IMG/VR virus record: IMGVR_UViG_3300042691_038416 | Location: 1-64,000 of that record | DNA: 64,000 nucleotides | Reading direction: 5' to 3' (one strand) | Origin: a virus | Shown: in pieces, positions 1 through 9,818 of the stretch | Layout of the letters: the number at the start of each line of letters is the position of its first letter | Position numbering within the stretch: position 1 is the stretch's first letter | Program-made: the position numbers and the translations under genes | The notes under the pieces: model-generated | What the model was told of the DNA's origin: nothing | The model's input: the letters and a program-made list of their open reading frames with translations, nothing else | Database searches by the model: none

Positions 1-387
1 TGTTTTATCTTTATTTTTCTCATCCTTCATCTCACAATAAAATCCTTTCATGATTTCGTTAAAATTAACGTTATCAGAATTTTTCATATCTGATGGTTGA
101 AAAGCATTTTTATTTGCTTCTGCTGCTTCTTTAGATATTTCTTTTTCTACAGCTTTTGTTTCTTCAGCTAAAATTTTCTTCCAATCATATACACTAAATC
201 CTTTAGCTACAACACCACCCGCTGCTTCACTAATAATTTGCTTAGATTTTAATACATTTGTGGCAGTATCAAAATCAGTATATTGGTTAAAATATTCTGG
301 AAATAATAAACGAGCTTGTTTTACAAATTGAGCTTTATTTCCTTGGCCAGTTTTGATGGCGTTGTAATGTTCTTGAAGTGTTTTCAT
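1..387 (-). CDS. Hypothetical protein, partial (runs off the window edge)
   Basis: Not in ORF track. ATG at 387 overlaps the stop of the upstream gene; open frame MKTLQEHYNAIKTGQGNKAQFVKQ... continues to base 1; head-gene neighbourhood. Confidence 0.75.
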   Translation of the reverse strand, partial: MKTLQEHYNAIKTGQGNKAQFVKQARLLFPEYFNQYTDFDTATNVLKSKQIISEAAGGVVAKGFSVYDWKKILAEETKAVEKEISKEAAEANKNAFQPSDMKNSDNVNFNEIMKGFYCEMKDEKNKDKT

Positions 388-1187
388 TATTTTTTATTTC
401 TAAATAATTTAATAATATCGTCTAAATAATCTACAGCTAAATCTGTTCCGTATTGTACTTTAAAATCTGGAGAATTTTTATAATACTCCATAGTTTTAGT
501 TTTAGCTTGTTTTAGTAATGGAAGCAATGTATTTAATTTATCTTCTATTTGATCAAAATCACCTACTCTTTTTTCAATAAATTGTGATAAAGTAGGGTCA
601 GTTAAATTAAGTGAATTAATATAAGTATCAGTTGCTTCTGTCTCCTCTAATTTTTTCTTCCATAAATCTTTATGCTCAATACCTTTAGCTTGTTTATGAA
701 GTTTTTTAGTATCAACTGGTTTCCAACCTAACTTATAGTAATATATGTTTTGCGCTCCTTTAGCTTTTTTATTTGGATTAAAAGCAAATGGAGTAGCGTA
801 ATTCTCTCCCGCGCCAGGTGTAAATGATGCTCCAGTTCCTGTCGCACTCATTTCTTTTAATTTAGCGAATACAACTTTTTTAAGTTTGTTTTCGTCAATT
901 GTTTTTAATTTTTTATATTCAGCTGGGTAGGCAGTACGGATATGTGTTCTAAAAGCATTCCAAACTGTATTAAAAGCATTATATATCTTTTTAAAGTTAG
1001 GATCTTCAGCAGTTTCTTTATATGTAAGAAATTTCTTATACTCACTATTAAGCTCTCTAAAAGCTTTATACATTAAAGCATAATCTGGTTTATAAGTAAT
1101 ATTCCAGGTAATAGTTCCTGTTTCAGGATCTATATCAGATTGCTTTGATGTGTACCCACCAGACGTAAATTTATTATTTGCTGCCAT
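387..1187 (-). CDS. Hypothetical protein (head module, possible internal head protein)
   Basis: 266-aa ORF coupled to its neighbours downstream of portal; internal LKE/LEE junctions. Confidence 0.6.
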   Translation of the reverse strand: MAANNKFTSGGYTSKQSDIDPETGTITWNITYKPDYALMYKAFRELNSEYKKFLTYKETAEDPNFKKIYNAFNTVWNAFRTHIRTAYPAEYKKLKTIDENKLKKVVFAKLKEMSATGTGASFTPGAGENYATPFAFNPNKKAKGAQNIYYYKLGWKPVDTKKLHKQAKGIEHKDLWKKKLEETEATDTYINSLNLTDPTLSQFIEKRVGDFDQIEDKLNTLLPLLKQAKTKTMEYYKNSPDFKVQYGTDLAVDYLDDIIKLFRNKK

Positions 1188-2037
1188 TTGCTGATTTAAG
1201 TTCTTCTAATAAATCACAATATTGTAATAAATTAACAATATTATCATTAGATACTTTATCATTCTTATTTAGTTCAACTAATAAATTAGCTACCTCATTA
1301 ATTTTAATTTTAGTAACTTCGTTTTTAGTTTTCTTATTTAATTTGATAAGATCTGTTTTAAACTCATTAATTTTAATATTATAAAATTCTTTAAGTTTAG
1401 TTGTATTATCAACACTATTTATAAATTCTTTAAGAATTTCTTTTTTAGTGTTACTAAAATCAGCATACTTATCATTAAACTTATTTAATAAAATTTTATA
1501 AGTTAAGATACGAGTATCTTTATCATAATGAGCAAATTCATTTAATACTTCATCTGTTTTTTCTTTAGGTTTAACTGATGTTGAAGTTAAATGTTCTAGC
1601 AATGCTAATTTATTAGATATTACTTGCTCATGAGCTAATTTTTTATCATTATTATAAGCTTCAATTAAAGTATAAATAGCTGCTTGAGCTTTATAATGAG
1701 GCAATTTAGTTTTAAAAAAATCTTCTAAATTATAATACTGTTTAATTTCTTTAATTAAATTATATTTTTGTCTCTTAAGAGCTGATCTATTTAATTGTTT
1801 AGAACTATCTAAAACTGTATTTATTATGACTTCCGCTTTACCTTCAGTTAAGTTAGTACGTTTTAATAAACTATCATATAATTTATATTCACGACCTAAT
1901 TCAGTTTTGCTAAAATATTTCTTAAGGATATTAGTGGCTTCTGAGTTTTTACCAGATAATGTATCTGCTGTTATTTGTCTAACAAGTAATTCAAAGAGAA
2001 TGCCAGTATTCTTAAATTTTGAATGTTTAATAAGCAT
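1174..2037 (-). CDS. Hypothetical helical protein downstream of portal
   Basis: 287-aa ORF preceded by the late motif at 2057-2066. Confidence 0.65.
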   Translation of the reverse strand: MLIKHSKFKNTGILFELLVRQITADTLSGKNSEATNILKKYFSKTELGREYKLYDSLLKRTNLTEGKAEVIINTVLDSSKQLNRSALKRQKYNLIKEIKQYYNLEDFFKTKLPHYKAQAAIYTLIEAYNNDKKLAHEQVISNKLALLEHLTSTSVKPKEKTDEVLNEFAHYDKDTRILTYKILLNKFNDKYADFSNTKKEILKEFINSVDNTTKLKEFYNIKINEFKTDLIKLNKKTKNEVTKIKINEVANLLVELNKNDKVSNDNIVNLLQYCDLLEELKSANGSK

Positions 2038-2056
2038 CTAAAGTTGCGTTTTTTTG

Positions 2057-2066
2057 TTATAAATAT
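2057..2066 (-). promoter_or_regulatory. Putative late promoter ATATTTATAA (representative copy)
   Basis: Same 10-mer (TTATAAATAT on +) lies shortly upstream of starts at 2057, 6309, 9359, 10775, 12302, 16505, 18765, 20833, 24957, 27600, 30387, 41150 and 51733; variants near 19635, 35782 and 55088. Confidence 0.75.
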
Positions 2067-2077
2067 ATAAGGAGTTT

Positions 2078-3952
2078 TTAATCTCGCAATTGATTTTCAT
2101 CAAGTAATGATTCTTTTGCTTTATCTGTTTGAAAAATTATTTTTTTCTCAATCTCATTTAATAATTGTTTATTCTTTAAATAAGTAGTTTGAGCACTTTC
2201 AGTCAATTGCTTAGACATACCCGCCATATCATCATCTTTTTTCATAGCTGTTCTACCTAATCTATCTCTACCTAATGGATTTTGTTGAGTATTAATAGTA
2301 CTTACCTTTTCTTTTGGTCTACCTAACTCAGCGTTATCACCATATCCCGCGGGTACATTACCTGGATCAGATACCATTCTACCTTTGCCATATAAAGCAG
2401 CTAGATCATGAGGAGTACCATATGACTTACCTGTTTCAAGTGGGTCATTTCCTTCCTCAGTAACTTGAGATAATCTAAATTTACGTTTAGCATCTTGTAA
2501 AATAAGTTCTCTGTATTCATCAAATTGATCCTCACTAAAGTGGAATATATGATGATAAACCCAATCACTAGGTAATAATTGAGCATCTATAATATTTTTA
2601 GCTAATTCAACTTTTTCCTTCATTAACATGATACGTTCTTGATCATAGATAATCGAAGGTGTTGTTAATGATAATTCAAAATTAGTTAAAGTTTCACCTT
2701 TATAACCTTGAACATATAAGTGTACTAAAGCAATTTTATATAACTCTGATAATATAATACGTTGTAATCTATCAATTGTGCGAGCAAATCTGATATCTTC
2801 AGCTGCTAATGTTGCTTTACCTGTTAAATCTTTTTCATAACCCATAAATGCTTTAGGTACCTTAAGAGCAGCAAATAATTTATCTCTTAAATAGTTAACA
2901 TCTTCAATACCGTTATACTCTAAGCCTTTAGTAGTTTCTATTTTAGTTGTTTGATCATTACCTCTAACAGGAATATAAAAATCTTCTAACATGTTTTGCA
3001 TGTTATATTTTAAATTATATTCACCGGTTTGTGGATCAATATAAGGTGTTTTTTTCATGGTACGAATTGTCTTTTGCATGAAATTTTCAACCTCATTAGG
3101 AGGAATAGCACCTACATTAATATAAAATACACGTTTTTCTGGCGCACGAGCAATTCTATGAATTAACATAGCGTCTTCCATCAACGTATATTGTTTAAAT
3201 AATTTACGGGCTGGTTCAATATATGATCTACCATAAGGTAAATAGTTCACATCTGTTAATAAACGGAAGTGAGCCATTTCATAATTATCAAAATATATTC
3301 CTGGAGCGTTATTATTTCCACCCATATTAGGTACAGTATATTGACCTGTACCACCAACAAATCCATCTGGATTAAATCTGAATCTTACAGCTGTTGGAGC
3401 ATTTGGATCATATCCTTCTTGTCTTTCAATATGATATGCTGTATAAGGAATAACATTATATACACCAAATTTTTCAGCAATTTCTAATTTTAAAAAGAAA
3501 TCACCATATTTACACATTTGACGAGTCCAAGACCACAAATTAAATTCTATGTTTAAAACATCATAGAATAAATTGTAAAGTATTTTTTGAATATCTTCAT
3601 CTGAACTACGAATTTGGAGTACTTCTCCCATTTCATTCTTTAATGAACATTCATCTGATACTATATCTAAAGCAGATGCTACAATAGCATCATTATCCAT
3701 CACATCATAATCTGAGTATAACTGGGATCTTAAATATTGGTAATTGACATTTAATTGTTGACCATAGAGTGAGGTAGCGTTTGTTGAATAAACTCTACTA
3801 TATCTATCAATTAGAGCATTAGTTTCATATTTACCGCTTCTTTGAATGGAATCTACGTCCATTACTTTAAGTTGATTTCCACCTTCGTTACGAATAATAA
3901 CGTCTGTTGAAAACAGTCTTTTTAATCTTGAAAATACACTAGTATCTGCCAT
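2078..3952 (-). CDS. Portal protein, T4 gp20-like
   Basis: Motifs YGRSYIE, LMEDAMLIHRIARAPEKRVFYINVG, EDFYIPVRG and LFAALKVPK typical of T4-type portals; adjacent to terminase. Confidence 0.95.
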   Translation of the reverse strand: MADTSVFSRLKRLFSTDVIIRNEGGNQLKVMDVDSIQRSGKYETNALIDRYSRVYSTNATSLYGQQLNVNYQYLRSQLYSDYDVMDNDAIVASALDIVSDECSLKNEMGEVLQIRSSDEDIQKILYNLFYDVLNIEFNLWSWTRQMCKYGDFFLKLEIAEKFGVYNVIPYTAYHIERQEGYDPNAPTAVRFRFNPDGFVGGTGQYTVPNMGGNNNAPGIYFDNYEMAHFRLLTDVNYLPYGRSYIEPARKLFKQYTLMEDAMLIHRIARAPEKRVFYINVGAIPPNEVENFMQKTIRTMKKTPYIDPQTGEYNLKYNMQNMLEDFYIPVRGNDQTTKIETTKGLEYNGIEDVNYLRDKLFAALKVPKAFMGYEKDLTGKATLAAEDIRFARTIDRLQRIILSELYKIALVHLYVQGYKGETLTNFELSLTTPSIIYDQERIMLMKEKVELAKNIIDAQLLPSDWVYHHIFHFSEDQFDEYRELILQDAKRKFRLSQVTEEGNDPLETGKSYGTPHDLAALYGKGRMVSDPGNVPAGYGDNAELGRPKEKVSTINTQQNPLGRDRLGRTAMKKDDDMAGMSKQLTESAQTTYLKNKQLLNEIEKKIIFQTDKAKESLLDENQLRD

Positions 3953-3962
3953 ATTTTATTTT

Positions 3963-5531
3963 TTAAAATAACCAACTAATATCTTCAGAGCTTCCATTAT
4001 TTGTAGGCATATGATATGGATTATCTACACCAGATGAGAAGTAAGCCCCTTGATATGAAGAAGGTCTTGATATATTACTTATCGCTGCTTTTGTTAATTC
4101 TAAATTTTGAGCTTTATTTTTTAGAGCTGTATCTCTAAGATACATTGCTATACTATATGCCATAACTAGATCATCGTTATATCCTGATTGTGCTTCTGCT
4201 CTTCCATTTTTCCAAATAAACACTTTCATTTCTTCAATTAATCGTTTTGATCTAATTATAACACTATGATCACCAAAATATTCTCTACCTTTGTTAATAA
4301 CTAAAGGTCTAGTTTTTAATGAGTTAGTAAATCCAGCTACCATACTTGATGGATTTCCAGAGTTAATATACGAATCTCCTGTTGTGGAATCACTCTTTGA
4401 TGAAAAATAGAGATTCCTATATCCTCTTTCTTGTATAGCACTTAATGTGTCCCAACCTACATTTGCGTTTTCTACTACTAAAAGTGCTTCATTATATTCT
4501 GTGGCTAATCCTACTAAGAAATATCCAAATTCTCTAGTTGAAAGTTGACTTTTAAATTCAGCTACTTGAGCATTTGTTTCAATATCAAATACATGGCATG
4601 TAGAGAAATCCTTTCCATCTCCTCTAGCTACGTCAGCTACCACTAAATAATTTCTAGAGTAATCAGGTGATTCCCAAATCCATAAATTTTTATCTACTCC
4701 TCTACGTTCCATTGGTTCAGTGACATAAGAAGTTAGATAATATTCTATATGTTCTGGATAGTAAACTACATCACCAGATGTTGTAAAGTCGCAATCACAT
4801 TCTTGAGCTGCTAATCTAGGGTCACCTAATAATTCATCTTGACGTTTTCTCCAAGCCTCATCTCGTTCTGGATGAACATACCAAGGTAATTTAATTGGTA
4901 AGAAATCATTTTCTTGTGATTCTGCTTTTACCCATGTTTGATGAAACCAGTTACCAGTACCGTAAGGTGTAGATAATACAATAGCACCACCACCTGTAGC
5001 TAAGGTTTGTTGAGCAGAAGCCCAAATTTCACCTATATTTTCAATAAAAGCGGCCTCATCCACTATAAGTAAAGATACTGCTTCTGATCGACCCGCATCA
5101 CCCGCTGCTGATACTGCTTTTATTTGTGATCCGTTATTTAGTTTTAAACTTAACTTGTTATTTTCATCAGCTGGAATTTTTAACCATGATGGTAAATTAT
5201 CGTACATAAAACGTACTTTAGTTACCATATTTTTAGCTGTTTCTTGTTTAGTAGCTAAACATAATACGTTTTTATCCTTATGAAAAAGCATTAACCATAA
5301 TGAATAACTAGCGGCTAATGTAGAAATACCTAACTGTCTTGATTTAAGTACTATTGAATATGGATTTTCTTTCCAAAGATTCAATACTTTACCCTGGAAT
5401 GGATATAAGTTAAATATAACTCGTCCACGTTGTGGATGTTGGATATAACAATATTTACGCATAAAGTGCGCCGGATCTTGAGCGCACTTTATGTATTCTT
5501 CTTTTATTATTTGTTTTAAGTCTTGCGACAT
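3963..5531 (-). CDS. terL: Terminase large subunit, T4 gp17-like
   Basis: Walker A KSRQLGIST, Walker B LLIVDEAAF, motif III LSTPYG, nuclease ADVARGDGKDFS and NDDLVMA. Confidence 0.95.
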   Translation of the reverse strand: MSQDLKQIIKEEYIKCAQDPAHFMRKYCYIQHPQRGRVIFNLYPFQGKVLNLWKENPYSIVLKSRQLGISTLAASYSLWLMLFHKDKNVLCLATKQETAKNMVTKVRFMYDNLPSWLKIPADENNKLSLKLNNGSQIKAVSAAGDAGRSEAVSLLIVDEAAFIENIGEIWASAQQTLATGGGAIVLSTPYGTGNWFHQTWVKAESQENDFLPIKLPWYVHPERDEAWRKRQDELLGDPRLAAQECDCDFTTSGDVVYYPEHIEYYLTSYVTEPMERRGVDKNLWIWESPDYSRNYLVVADVARGDGKDFSTCHVFDIETNAQVAEFKSQLSTREFGYFLVGLATEYNEALLVVENANVGWDTLSAIQERGYRNLYFSSKSDSTTGDSYINSGNPSSMVAGFTNSLKTRPLVINKGREYFGDHSVIIRSKRLIEEMKVFIWKNGRAEAQSGYNDDLVMAYSIAMYLRDTALKNKAQNLELTKAAISNISRPSSYQGAYFSSGVDNPYHMPTNNGSSEDISWLF

Positions 5532-5533
5532 TA

Positions 5534-6295
5534 TTAAGCGAATTTATCTATTTTAGCTTGTAAAGCTTTAATTTGTGTTGGAATATTACCAATCATTTCT
5601 TTATATTGGTCCATAGTGATTTCTTTAGATTTTAATTTCTTAAGTAAATCATCTTTTTTAGCATTAAGTTTAGCTAATTCATCAACCCATCTTCCTAAAT
5701 TATCAGTAGCTTTAGTTGGTGCTATTACTGGTTCTTCTTCAGGTGTTTCTTCTTCATCACCAGTGTAATAAGTATCAACTGTTTCTTCTTCTTCTGGCTC
5801 TTCTTCAGGAGTAAGAGTTGGTAATTCTGGCTCTTCTTCAGCTGGTGTAATGGTTTTTTCTCTTTTAGGAGTTAAAGCACCTGCTGCTCTAAGATTACTA
5901 ATAATAGGATTTAATTCAGAATCATTTTTAACACCTAAAGCTGTACCTAAGTCTTTTTGAGTTATACCTTCTTCACCAGCTGCTTCAACTGCCGCTAGTA
6001 AAGCTGATGTTCTACCAGCTGTGTATATTTCTTTGGCTAGAGCAAATTTAGCTGGATCTTGAATCTTAATTAAGCTAACTATATTAGCCATTTCTTTGAT
6101 TTTTTGACCAGTTCCAGTTTCAATACTCTTAATGTCAGTATTATCTTTAATTCTATTTAATTCATCACTTGTTTTATAATCAATAGCAGATGTTTTTCCA
6201 CTTTGAGTAGTTACCATTGCTGTTTTTTCTCCAGCCTCAGTTAATGCTATTACAATTTCTTCTTTAATATATTTAATTAAATCCTTACGTTTCAT
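5534..6295 (-). CDS. Putative internal head protein with winged-HTH-like domain and acidic linker
   Basis: N-terminal DLIKYIKEEI...LTE tag; GITQKDLGTALG HTH-like segment; similar to 15815..16489. Confidence 0.5.
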   Translation of the reverse strand: MKRKDLIKYIKEEIVIALTEAGEKTAMVTTQSGKTSAIDYKTSDELNRIKDNTDIKSIETGTGQKIKEMANIVSLIKIQDPAKFALAKEIYTAGRTSALLAAVEAAGEEGITQKDLGTALGVKNDSELNPIISNLRAAGALTPKREKTITPAEEEPELPTLTPEEEPEEEETVDTYYTGDEEETPEEEPVIAPTKATDNLGRWVDELAKLNAKKDDLLKKLKSKEITMDQYKEMIGNIPTQIKALQAKIDKFA

Positions 6296-6317
6296 TAGCG
6301 AGTTTTAGTTATAAATA

Positions 6318-6848
6318 TTACAGATTTAAATAAGATTTTATCTGTTTTATTCTATCCTCAGTAGAGCCACTAATTATTCCGAAATTTTTTATTTCATTTA
6401 ATTTAGAAGAACATAGATATTTAATCATATTATCTATTGTATTTCTGTAATCTGTATCTGTAGCGCGAACATTATTATCCTCAATAGGAACTCCAGCTGG
6501 ACTTACATAGAATATCCAATCATATTCTTCTATAAATTGAGAAGCATACTCTTCAAAATTAATTTTTTCACCTAACTCTACAGATTTAGCACAATTTGTA
6601 AATGCCATAACATCTATAATTGTTCTATCAGTTATAATGTTTTCATTTATTAATTCACTACAACGTTCTGCTAAAAATATAGTTTGACCTTTTAATGTAC
6701 TATCTGTATTTAATGGAATGCCTAAATCACGCAAATATTTACTACGCTCAGTAGCAAACTTATAGTCTTTAAATTCAGGTAATTCTTTTAACGCATTTAC
6801 TAATGTAGTTTTTCCTACACTTACTGTTCCACAAAAACCTATTTTCAT
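6318..6848 (-). CDS. P-loop kinase, NadR/Ttd14 (AAA_28)-like
   Basis: N-terminal GTVSVGKTT Walker A and ITDRT motif; 176 aa. Confidence 0.75.
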   Translation of the reverse strand: MKIGFCGTVSVGKTTLVNALKELPEFKDYKFATERSKYLRDLGIPLNTDSTLKGQTIFLAERCSELINENIITDRTIIDVMAFTNCAKSVELGEKINFEEYASQFIEEYDWIFYVSPAGVPIEDNNVRATDTDYRNTIDNMIKYLCSSKLNEIKNFGIISGSTEDRIKQIKSYLNL

Positions 6849-6849
6849 A

Positions 6850-7071
6850 TTAATGTCTCATTTTATTACCACTTTGTTTATAGAAAGGTAATCCAACTCC
6901 TTCTTTTTTACGTTTTTTAAAATCATCTTTAGTTAAGAAAATACCATTTAAATAATATTCTTCTTTACCATTTGGATGAATTAAAGCAGGACCATCAGCG
7001 TTATGTAATTTATTGTCCTTAATAAAACGAATTGTACCGTCAGGTGACTTGTATTTTTTTACAGGATTCAT
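6850..7071 (-). CDS. Small hypothetical protein with LHxxDGPA beta-hairpin unit
   Basis: LHNADGPALIHPNGKEEYYLNG motif; own promoter at 7085-7111. Confidence 0.6.
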   Translation of the reverse strand: MNPVKKYKSPDGTIRFIKDNKLHNADGPALIHPNGKEEYYLNGIFLTKDDFKKRKKEGVGLPFYKQSGNKMRH

Positions 7072-7084
7072 AACTTTTTATTTT

Positions 7085-7111
7085 AATATATGTTAAAATT
7101 TTAAGAAAGCC
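7085..7111 (-). promoter_or_regulatory. Putative early/middle promoter GG-N19-TATATT (representative copy)
   Basis: 20 copies with exactly 19 nt between AATATA and CC on +. AATATA starts at 7085, 14557, 15777, 17851, 20145, 37524, 57222, 57929, 58560, 59373, 59570, 59898, 60294, 60619, 61547, 61951, 62159, 62917, 63184 and 63627, each upstream of a gene start. Confidence 0.85.
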
Positions 7112-7116
7112 AAATT

Positions 7117-7398
7117 TTATGGATTTCTTCTAACAAAAAGTGGTGAAAAAGTTAAAACAGCATCATCAATAACTGTATCATCTGCTCCCCAATTATTTAA
7201 AGTAGCATGATCTAGTTCTACATCAAACATATCAACATGTTTAGTATTTCCGTTTCCGTCTTCCCAAATAAGTGTACATTGAGCAATAGCTGATGTAGCT
7301 CCTCTCATCAAAGGTGTGACAGTCCAAATAATAGCATTTGCTTGTTTTTCTTGCAGTTGTCCAAATTGTATTGGTTCAATTAAGATATATGGTTCCAT
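7117..7398 (-). CDS. Hypothetical protein, tail-fibre-associated
   Basis: 93-aa ORF directly downstream of a fibre-like gene. Confidence 0.5.
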   Translation of the reverse strand: MEPYILIEPIQFGQLQEKQANAIIWTVTPLMRGATSAIAQCTLIWEDGNGNTKHVDMFDVELDHATLNNWGADDTVIDDAVLTFSPLFVRRNP

Positions 7399-7404
7399 AA
7401 TTTT

Positions 7405-8529
7405 TTAATATAAATAAAATGCGTATCTATGTTGTACAGTTGTAATACCAGACGCAGCCTGTGATGTAGCTAATGTTGTTAATCCAGAACCTGCAGTACC
7501 GTTTGTTTTATTACTGTTTGTAAAGTCTATATTACCAAGACTAATAGTGCCCGCCGCGGCTGAACCAGCAAATGCTATAGCTGGGGCTGTTGTTTGTGCT
7601 GAGGTAGAGTATAATGCTCCAATATAATAAATTCCTGTCGCTGCTGAGTATGTTGATGTGAATGCTTTTGTTTGGAATGAATTGGCTGCTCCTTTCCATA
7701 TATTACCATCATTTGATGATGATGCTACTAATGTTAATGTTCCTCCACTTGCTCGGTATAAACCAACTCCATTATAGTTATTGGCTGTGTAGTTACCTTG
7801 GGTTTGTTGTTGAAATTTAACCCCAGTGATAGTGGTTGTTGTATATATATAAATAGCTGTATAAAGACATACTCCACTAGTTAAAGATTGTCCTTGAGTG
7901 GCTAACATAACTACTGGACAGCCTATATTATATCCTTTAATTACACTGCCAGCAGCTTGTTGAGCTGCTATTTGATGACTTAATCCAGCAGCCGATGATA
8001 TTACATATCCATTAGCATCAGTATTTAATACTGCTACCGCTGAACCAGTTAATGCAGTTGCGGAGTTATAAGTTGGAATTTGCATTTGTTTTGTATGCAT
8101 ATCCCAACTTGCTACAATTGCATCACTACCAGCATTAGTACCTCTTAATAATCTAGTTAAGTTTTGATAATTATCAAACATTGAAGCGGAAGTATAAGTT
8201 CCACCTGGTGCTTGTAATAATATTTGACCTCCTTCACCAGTACCTCCAGCTGGAGATGGTCCGATGACTAAAGTATTTTCATTAGCTCCTAAACTAGTAG
8301 CACCTACAGTTAAACTACCTGTAATTAAAACATTTTGATTAAGTGTATTAACATAAGATGATGTTAAAGAAGAGGTTATTGGATTAGTTGATATAATTGA
8401 ATTAATAGTTAATGTTCCTCCAGATGCATTTATATCACCAGAGACTGTTATGCCTGAGTTATTGATAGTGAGTCTATCAGTACTAGCTATATTTATTATT
8501 GTATTGTCTGAGCTTTTTATTACTGACAT
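7405..8529 (-). CDS. Putative tail fibre / receptor-binding protein
   Basis: G/S/T/A-rich, beta-rich 374-aa protein within the fibre cluster. Confidence 0.6.
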   Translation of the reverse strand: MSVIKSSDNTIINIASTDRLTINNSGITVSGDINASGGTLTINSIISTNPITSSLTSSYVNTLNQNVLITGSLTVGATSLGANENTLVIGPSPAGGTGEGGQILLQAPGGTYTSASMFDNYQNLTRLLRGTNAGSDAIVASWDMHTKQMQIPTYNSATALTGSAVAVLNTDANGYVISSAAGLSHQIAAQQAAGSVIKGYNIGCPVVMLATQGQSLTSGVCLYTAIYIYTTTTITGVKFQQQTQGNYTANNYNGVGLYRASGGTLTLVASSSNDGNIWKGAANSFQTKAFTSTYSAATGIYYIGALYSTSAQTTAPAIAFAGSAAAGTISLGNIDFTNSNKTNGTAGSGLTTLATSQAASGITTVQHRYAFYLY

Positions 8530-8541
8530 ATTTTATATCTT

Positions 8542-9291
8542 TTATACTGAATTACCGAAATTAGTAAATAGACCATTAAATATTATATCATAACCAGCGC
8601 TTGTACCTGTTGCATCCATATCTAAAGATATATCAGTTCCACTCCATGATAATGTAAATACCACTAATCCTAATTCATTAAAAACTGAGTCTCCATTAAC
8701 ATATGTGTCTTGTAATACAGGTGGAGTTGAGGTATCATAACTCCATGCCCCTAATAATGTTCCTACTCGAGAAGCTACTTTATTAAGACTACCATCTCGT
8801 ATTAATAAACTATAGTCACATTTAAATCCTTGCATACTTAAATTACCAGGTGTACCTCCTTGAGCATCAAATAAATAAATTGATGTCGCACCAGTACTTA
8901 TAGGCATTGAATATTGGTAATGACTAATACCAGCATGTTGTTTAAGAGCATTACATAAATTAACCTGATAATAGCTCGCTGGATAGTCTACAGTAAAGGG
9001 TGTTGTTCTAAAATCAACATTTCCTTCATGATACAATCTATATTTTTGCTGGCTAGTTGTATCATATGTGTATGTTAAGTTAATAGAGCCTCCAAATGCG
9101 CTTTGAGAATTAAATTGTATATAAGTATCAGTACCACCTGGTGATCCTCCACCACCAGGACTACTTAAAGCATATGATGCAGTTATAGCATTTGTAGCCC
9201 ATGAAGCGGTTCCAAAAAAACCGTTTGAAGCTGTTACAGAAGATAGTATGGCATTAGAACCTGATACTATAAGTTTTTTCCAATTTGGCAT
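8542..9291 (-). CDS. Putative virion fibre protein
   Basis: N-terminus WKKLIVSGS shared with 9819..10742; GTASW/TASY repeats and PGGxxTxIQ[FY]N shared with 10786..11601. Confidence 0.6.
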   Translation of the reverse strand: MPNWKKLIVSGSNAILSSVTASNGFFGTASWATNAITASYALSSPGGGGSPGGTDTYIQFNSQSAFGGSINLTYTYDTTSQQKYRLYHEGNVDFRTTPFTVDYPASYYQVNLCNALKQHAGISHYQYSMPISTGATSIYLFDAQGGTPGNLSMQGFKCDYSLLIRDGSLNKVASRVGTLLGAWSYDTSTPPVLQDTYVNGDSVFNELGLVVFTLSWSGTDISLDMDATGTSAGYDIIFNGLFTNFGNSV

Positions 9292-9300
9292 TTTTATATC

Positions 9301-9356
9301 AATTATGGTTGGGTACTGGGTTGTACCAGCCCACTTCCTTTTAAAGGCCTATAATT
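9301..9356 (-). ncRNA. Candidate structured 5'-leader RNA (three-way junction)
   Basis: GC-rich island between late promoter and ATG; outer stem AAUUAU(A)GG/CCAUAAUU, hairpin CCUU/AAGG, hairpin GGG-CUGG/CCAG-CCC. Confidence 0.45.
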
Positions 9357-9378
9357 TGTTATAAATATAGATAATAAA

Positions 9379-9606
9379 TTAAGATTTATTTTTCTTTTTA
9401 TCTGTTTCTATAGCTTTAACTAATTCACGTTGTTTTTCTAATTCAGTTTCTTGTAATTGCATTTGAATTGATTGTATTTCATGTTCAAGTTTTAACTGTA
9501 GATTAGCTATTATTTTGGCGTCTTTACCTGAAATAGTAATTACATCTAAAGATTGTCTTAAAAGTTGAATCTCACTTAAAGTAAGATCAATTGAAAATAT
9601 ATCCAT
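9379..9606 (-). CDS. Small coiled-coil protein (possible fibre chaperone)
   Basis: 75 aa; resembles neighbour 9611..9799 (LxxxExxLL...IxG...xxKL). Confidence 0.55.
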   Translation of the reverse strand: MDIFSIDLTLSEIQLLRQSLDVITISGKDAKIIANLQLKLEHEIQSIQMQLQETELEKQRELVKAIETDKKKNKS

Positions 9607-9610
9607 AACT

Positions 9611-9799
9611 TTATTGTTCTAATTTAGATTGTTCTGTATGTTGATTTTGTAATTTTACTACTAAATTGTAGAAAATTTCAATATGTTCTCCTTTAATATT
9701 AGCTTGTCTTAATAATTGAATTATTAATTCTAATTCTTGAGAATTTAATTTATTAGGATCTTCACCAGGAGATTTTTTAATAATATCTAATAACGCCAT
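9611..9799 (-). CDS. Small helical protein (possible fibre chaperone)
   Basis: 62 aa; AAGTTATG start context; resembles 9379..9606. Confidence 0.55.
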   Translation of the reverse strand: MALLDIIKKSPGEDPNKLNSQELELIIQLLRQANIKGEHIEIFYNLVVKLQNQHTEQSKLEQ

Positions 9800-9818
9800 A
9801 ACTTAATTATATGAAATT

